A stretch of DNA of 63,897 bases, filler included, from Perkinsus chesapeaki ATCC PRA-425 (Eukaryota > Protista > Perkinsozoa), in the NCBI GenBank assembly GCA_013115145.1. It is 7 parts of 7 records of this genome, joined end to end, with 100 filler letters (N's around TTAATTAATTAA, not from the genome) between each part and the next. Parts side by side here need not be neighbours in the genome. Positions count along the whole stretch, not along the records: positions 60,109 to 63,897 come from JAAPAO010001357.1; 6 more parts are not named here. The stretch is one strand, 5' to 3'. Under the pieces are notes generated by a model that had not been told where the DNA came from, did not search any database, and was given only the letters and a program-made list of their open reading frames with translations. This document shows, one piece after another, positions 61,345 through 63,897 of the stretch. Both the position numbers and the translations under genes were made by a program. Every line of letters begins with the position of its first letter. Position 1 is the first letter of the stretch.

Positions 61345-61656
61345 TTTTTCCCTTTTCCTTTGAAGCCTTCAATGGGGCAGACTCTATCAATATACAGTAC
61401 AATACAAGCAAGCTCCGCCCTTTCGCACCGAAGAACTAGTATACTTTGTTAAATAACCCTTCAGGAGTATGCTGGAAACAAGCACGGCGATCTCTTCAAA
61501 GGGGTTGCTTCCTGACGGTGTGTGACACATAATAGTGTTGGGAGCAGCTGGTGAGGAAAGGAAGCGCTAGAACTCCCAAAAACAAACGGGAGAGGTCAGA
61601 CTCAGCCGCGTTTGAGTGAAATACGCCCTGCGACGTCGAGGGACCAGAACGGAGAA

Positions 61657-63494
61657 CTATTGCTTAATAGTGGATTCACTTTTACCCACAGACTTTGCAT
61701 TACGCTAGACAGGCTTGCCCCTTTCTCCCTCCCCCCACTCCTACCAGCTGTCTGCCAGCAAACCATCTCCTATGGAGTCCAAGAGCACACTTCGCCGCAG
61801 CAGAGCCTGTTGTAAACTTCAACCAGCAGTCGCCATTCTCCGACGCTTCATCTAGCCAGCAGCCCACCAAAGTGCCAAAACGCTTCGCTTCGGACCTGCT
61901 GACAGAGTAAAACGTCCTCCACCTTCGGCGCCGGCGGCGGCGACGGCGGCAGCAGCTCACTTGACATCTGCAGCGATCTCCTTGAAGAACTGCTCCGGGC
62001 CGGCCTCGTGCATGAGCTGATCACCAGCTGCCCACAGATTCCGAAGGATCAGCACCCGGCTGCCATGGCCCGTCGCCGCTCCCGAGGCCGCCGAGGCCAA
62101 ATTGGAGGCAGGCAGCCTGGAGGCCGACTTCATGAGGAGAGAGCTGCCCTCCACTATGGGCTCTCGGACCATGGCCTGCATCAGCCTGGCACGGGAGAGA
62201 TTGTCCTTGAGGAGGCCGGTGTGGGTGGAGGGACCCTCCTCATTGTCCTCCACCAAATCCAGGTCCGTGTTGGGCCCCATCACAGCAGTGGACCTGTTCC
62301 AAGTGATGCCGAATCACCCTGCCCCTAAAATTACGCAAGCCCCGCGGATGCCGCCGAAGTTGCCATGCCGACCTTCAACTCCTTGCCGCCGATCATCATA
62401 CCTACAACCATCGAACCATCTCTTCCCCACCAGCCCGACAGACCCACCGCTGAGGCCCTTCAAGGCGCTCCTCGCATGCTCAGCATCTCCGTATTGAACG
62501 AAGGCGTACGTACCACCCTCAGCCTGATTCCGAGGGTGCCGGTCGACGAAGTCAAGGGGACCTAATAGAGCTCAGAACACGCCCACACAGCTCCTAGCTA
62601 CCAAATGGGTGGAAGAGCGCCCTGAGATCGTCTTCGGTGAGATCTGCCACGAGGTTGGCGCTGCCTCCGACATACAGCCTAGCAAGGCAGCCAATCCCGC
62701 AGTGAACCGAGCTAGACAGCTTACCTGCACTCGTTGAATCTCTCCCCCGACATGTTTACAAGTGACTGCGTAGAGTTAAGATTTTTCTCGGCCTGGCTCG
62801 GTTGGATGTTCGCCCCGTGTCCCAGCTTCGTCCACAAGGACGTCGGTTCGATCCCCAGCGCCTTTATGGCGCTATCTTGGTCGTCGAACTCCACATAGGC
62901 TATACCCTTAGACCGCTGGGACCGGCCATCTCGGATGATCTGGACGTCCCTGACCTTCCCTGCCATCTTGGACATGACCACGTACACTGTGCGGTCGGTG
63001 ACGTCCATACCGAGCTGGGCAATCAGAACCGTCCTAGAGGCCCGAGATCGACTATGGTGATTATGCTCCCTCCTGGACTCTTCCTCTCGATCTCTTCGCT
63101 TCGACCTAAGATACTCCTCTTCATCCTTGGACCGTCTTGGTCGACGGCCACGAGGCGACCTGCTGCTCTCCCTCCGAGAACGCCTAGGTCGACTGCGGGA
63201 GCGCGATCGACTTGACGACCCCCTTCTGCGATGGCGCGGCTGGTGCTGATGGTGCCTCGGTATCTCCTCATCATCATCATCCTCACCATGACCTTCCCCA
63301 ACGTCGCCCTCCTTAGGCCCTATTTCAGTGCTTCGTGCCGGCTCCTCCCCCCCATTTGCACTGCGACGGCGCCCCTCGCCAGAAGCCTCAGCTTCCTCGT
63401 CTCGGCGGCGGGTATCATCAACCTCCTCATCGCCAACTCGACGGGCTCCTTTCTCCTCTGACCGCTCTTCATCCTCTGATTTCGGTGGTGGCAT
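61657..63494 (-). CDS. RBM39: RBM39/CAPER-like splicing factor (RS region, two RRMs, UHM), multi-exon
   Basis: RTVLIAQL..GKVRDVQIIRD..RSKGIAYVEF..QPSQAEKN; RLYVGG..TEDDLRALFHPFG; linker SRARLMQAM; C-terminal RVLILRNL..RWFAGRQL. Confidence 0.85.
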
Positions 63495-63897
63495 AGCCTG
63501 CGCGCTGGAAAGTCTACCACAACTACTGTAGATGAATTAATCGACTCCAACTCAAAACCGGTTTCTGGGAAATGCCAGAGTGACCGGCAGCAATGAGATA
63601 CTCTTAAGTGACAAAAACTGAAACCATGGCGGCGGCGGCGTTCCCTGAATCATGCCAAACGATGCACTGGCGGCCTTACCGCCGCTGACGGGGGCTCGTG
63701 AACTCCCCGTACGATCGCAATTTTACGTATTTATCGATATCAAAAGCAACTTCCCCCTCAAGCGAGGCTTCGCTGGTGGAATCGGGATGGTCCGGATCAC
63801 CCTTGTCGTGGAGATAGTCCCGCTCTTTGCTGCCCACGTAGATTTGACGAGGCCTTCCAATCCTTAGCTGACCCTCGGACATCATCTCTCTCCATTG

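Noticed and set aside
63652-63897. Short ORFs at the window end
   Set aside because: No motif, truncated context, and the coding frame cannot be chosen.

Overview
Eukaryotic DNA, most likely a Perkinsus-like alveolate. This is an inference from the myzozoan-type cytochrome c1, the short 40-75 nt introns and the candidate GC-AG introns. The window is seven contigs joined by artificial 100-bp spacers (44 N + TTAATTAATTAA + 44 N): 1-12994, 13095-38184, 38285-41905, 42006-47312, 47413-49096, 49197-60008 and 60109-63897. Host genes: alanine aminotransferase, a truncated (2/2) globin, an ABCB half-transporter carrying a Cys/His zinc finger, a small secreted 8-Cys peptide, a START-domain protein, cytochrome c1, a TKL kinase, a delta-9 desaturase, the 3' end of a PHD-finger gene, a tandem array of EcKL (ecdysteroid-kinase-like) phosphotransferases, and an RBM39-like splicing factor. 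A ~12 kb very AT-rich, gene-dense island (about 21200-33600) lies inside otherwise normal-GC DNA. Much of the remainder is mobile DNA: one complete 4.4 kb LTR retrotransposon (LTRs, PBS, PPT, 5-bp TSD), one apparently intact gag/-1/pol element, BEL/Pao-like pol remnants, a LINE 3' end and a hAT transposase remnant. The most striking signal is a stereotyped 22-bp scar made of the first 7 nt of an 8-mer, the reverse complement of the 8-mer, and its last 7 nt (net +14 bp). By eye I found 13 perfect copies and 7 one-mismatch copies. One LTR has it and its twin does not, and all three frameshifts in one gag gene are such scars. The geometry is what hAT insertion (8-bp TSD), hairpin excision and annealing of the two opened hairpins would produce. 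That mechanism, and any role in silencing retroelements, is inference. The scan was manual, so the counts are minima.
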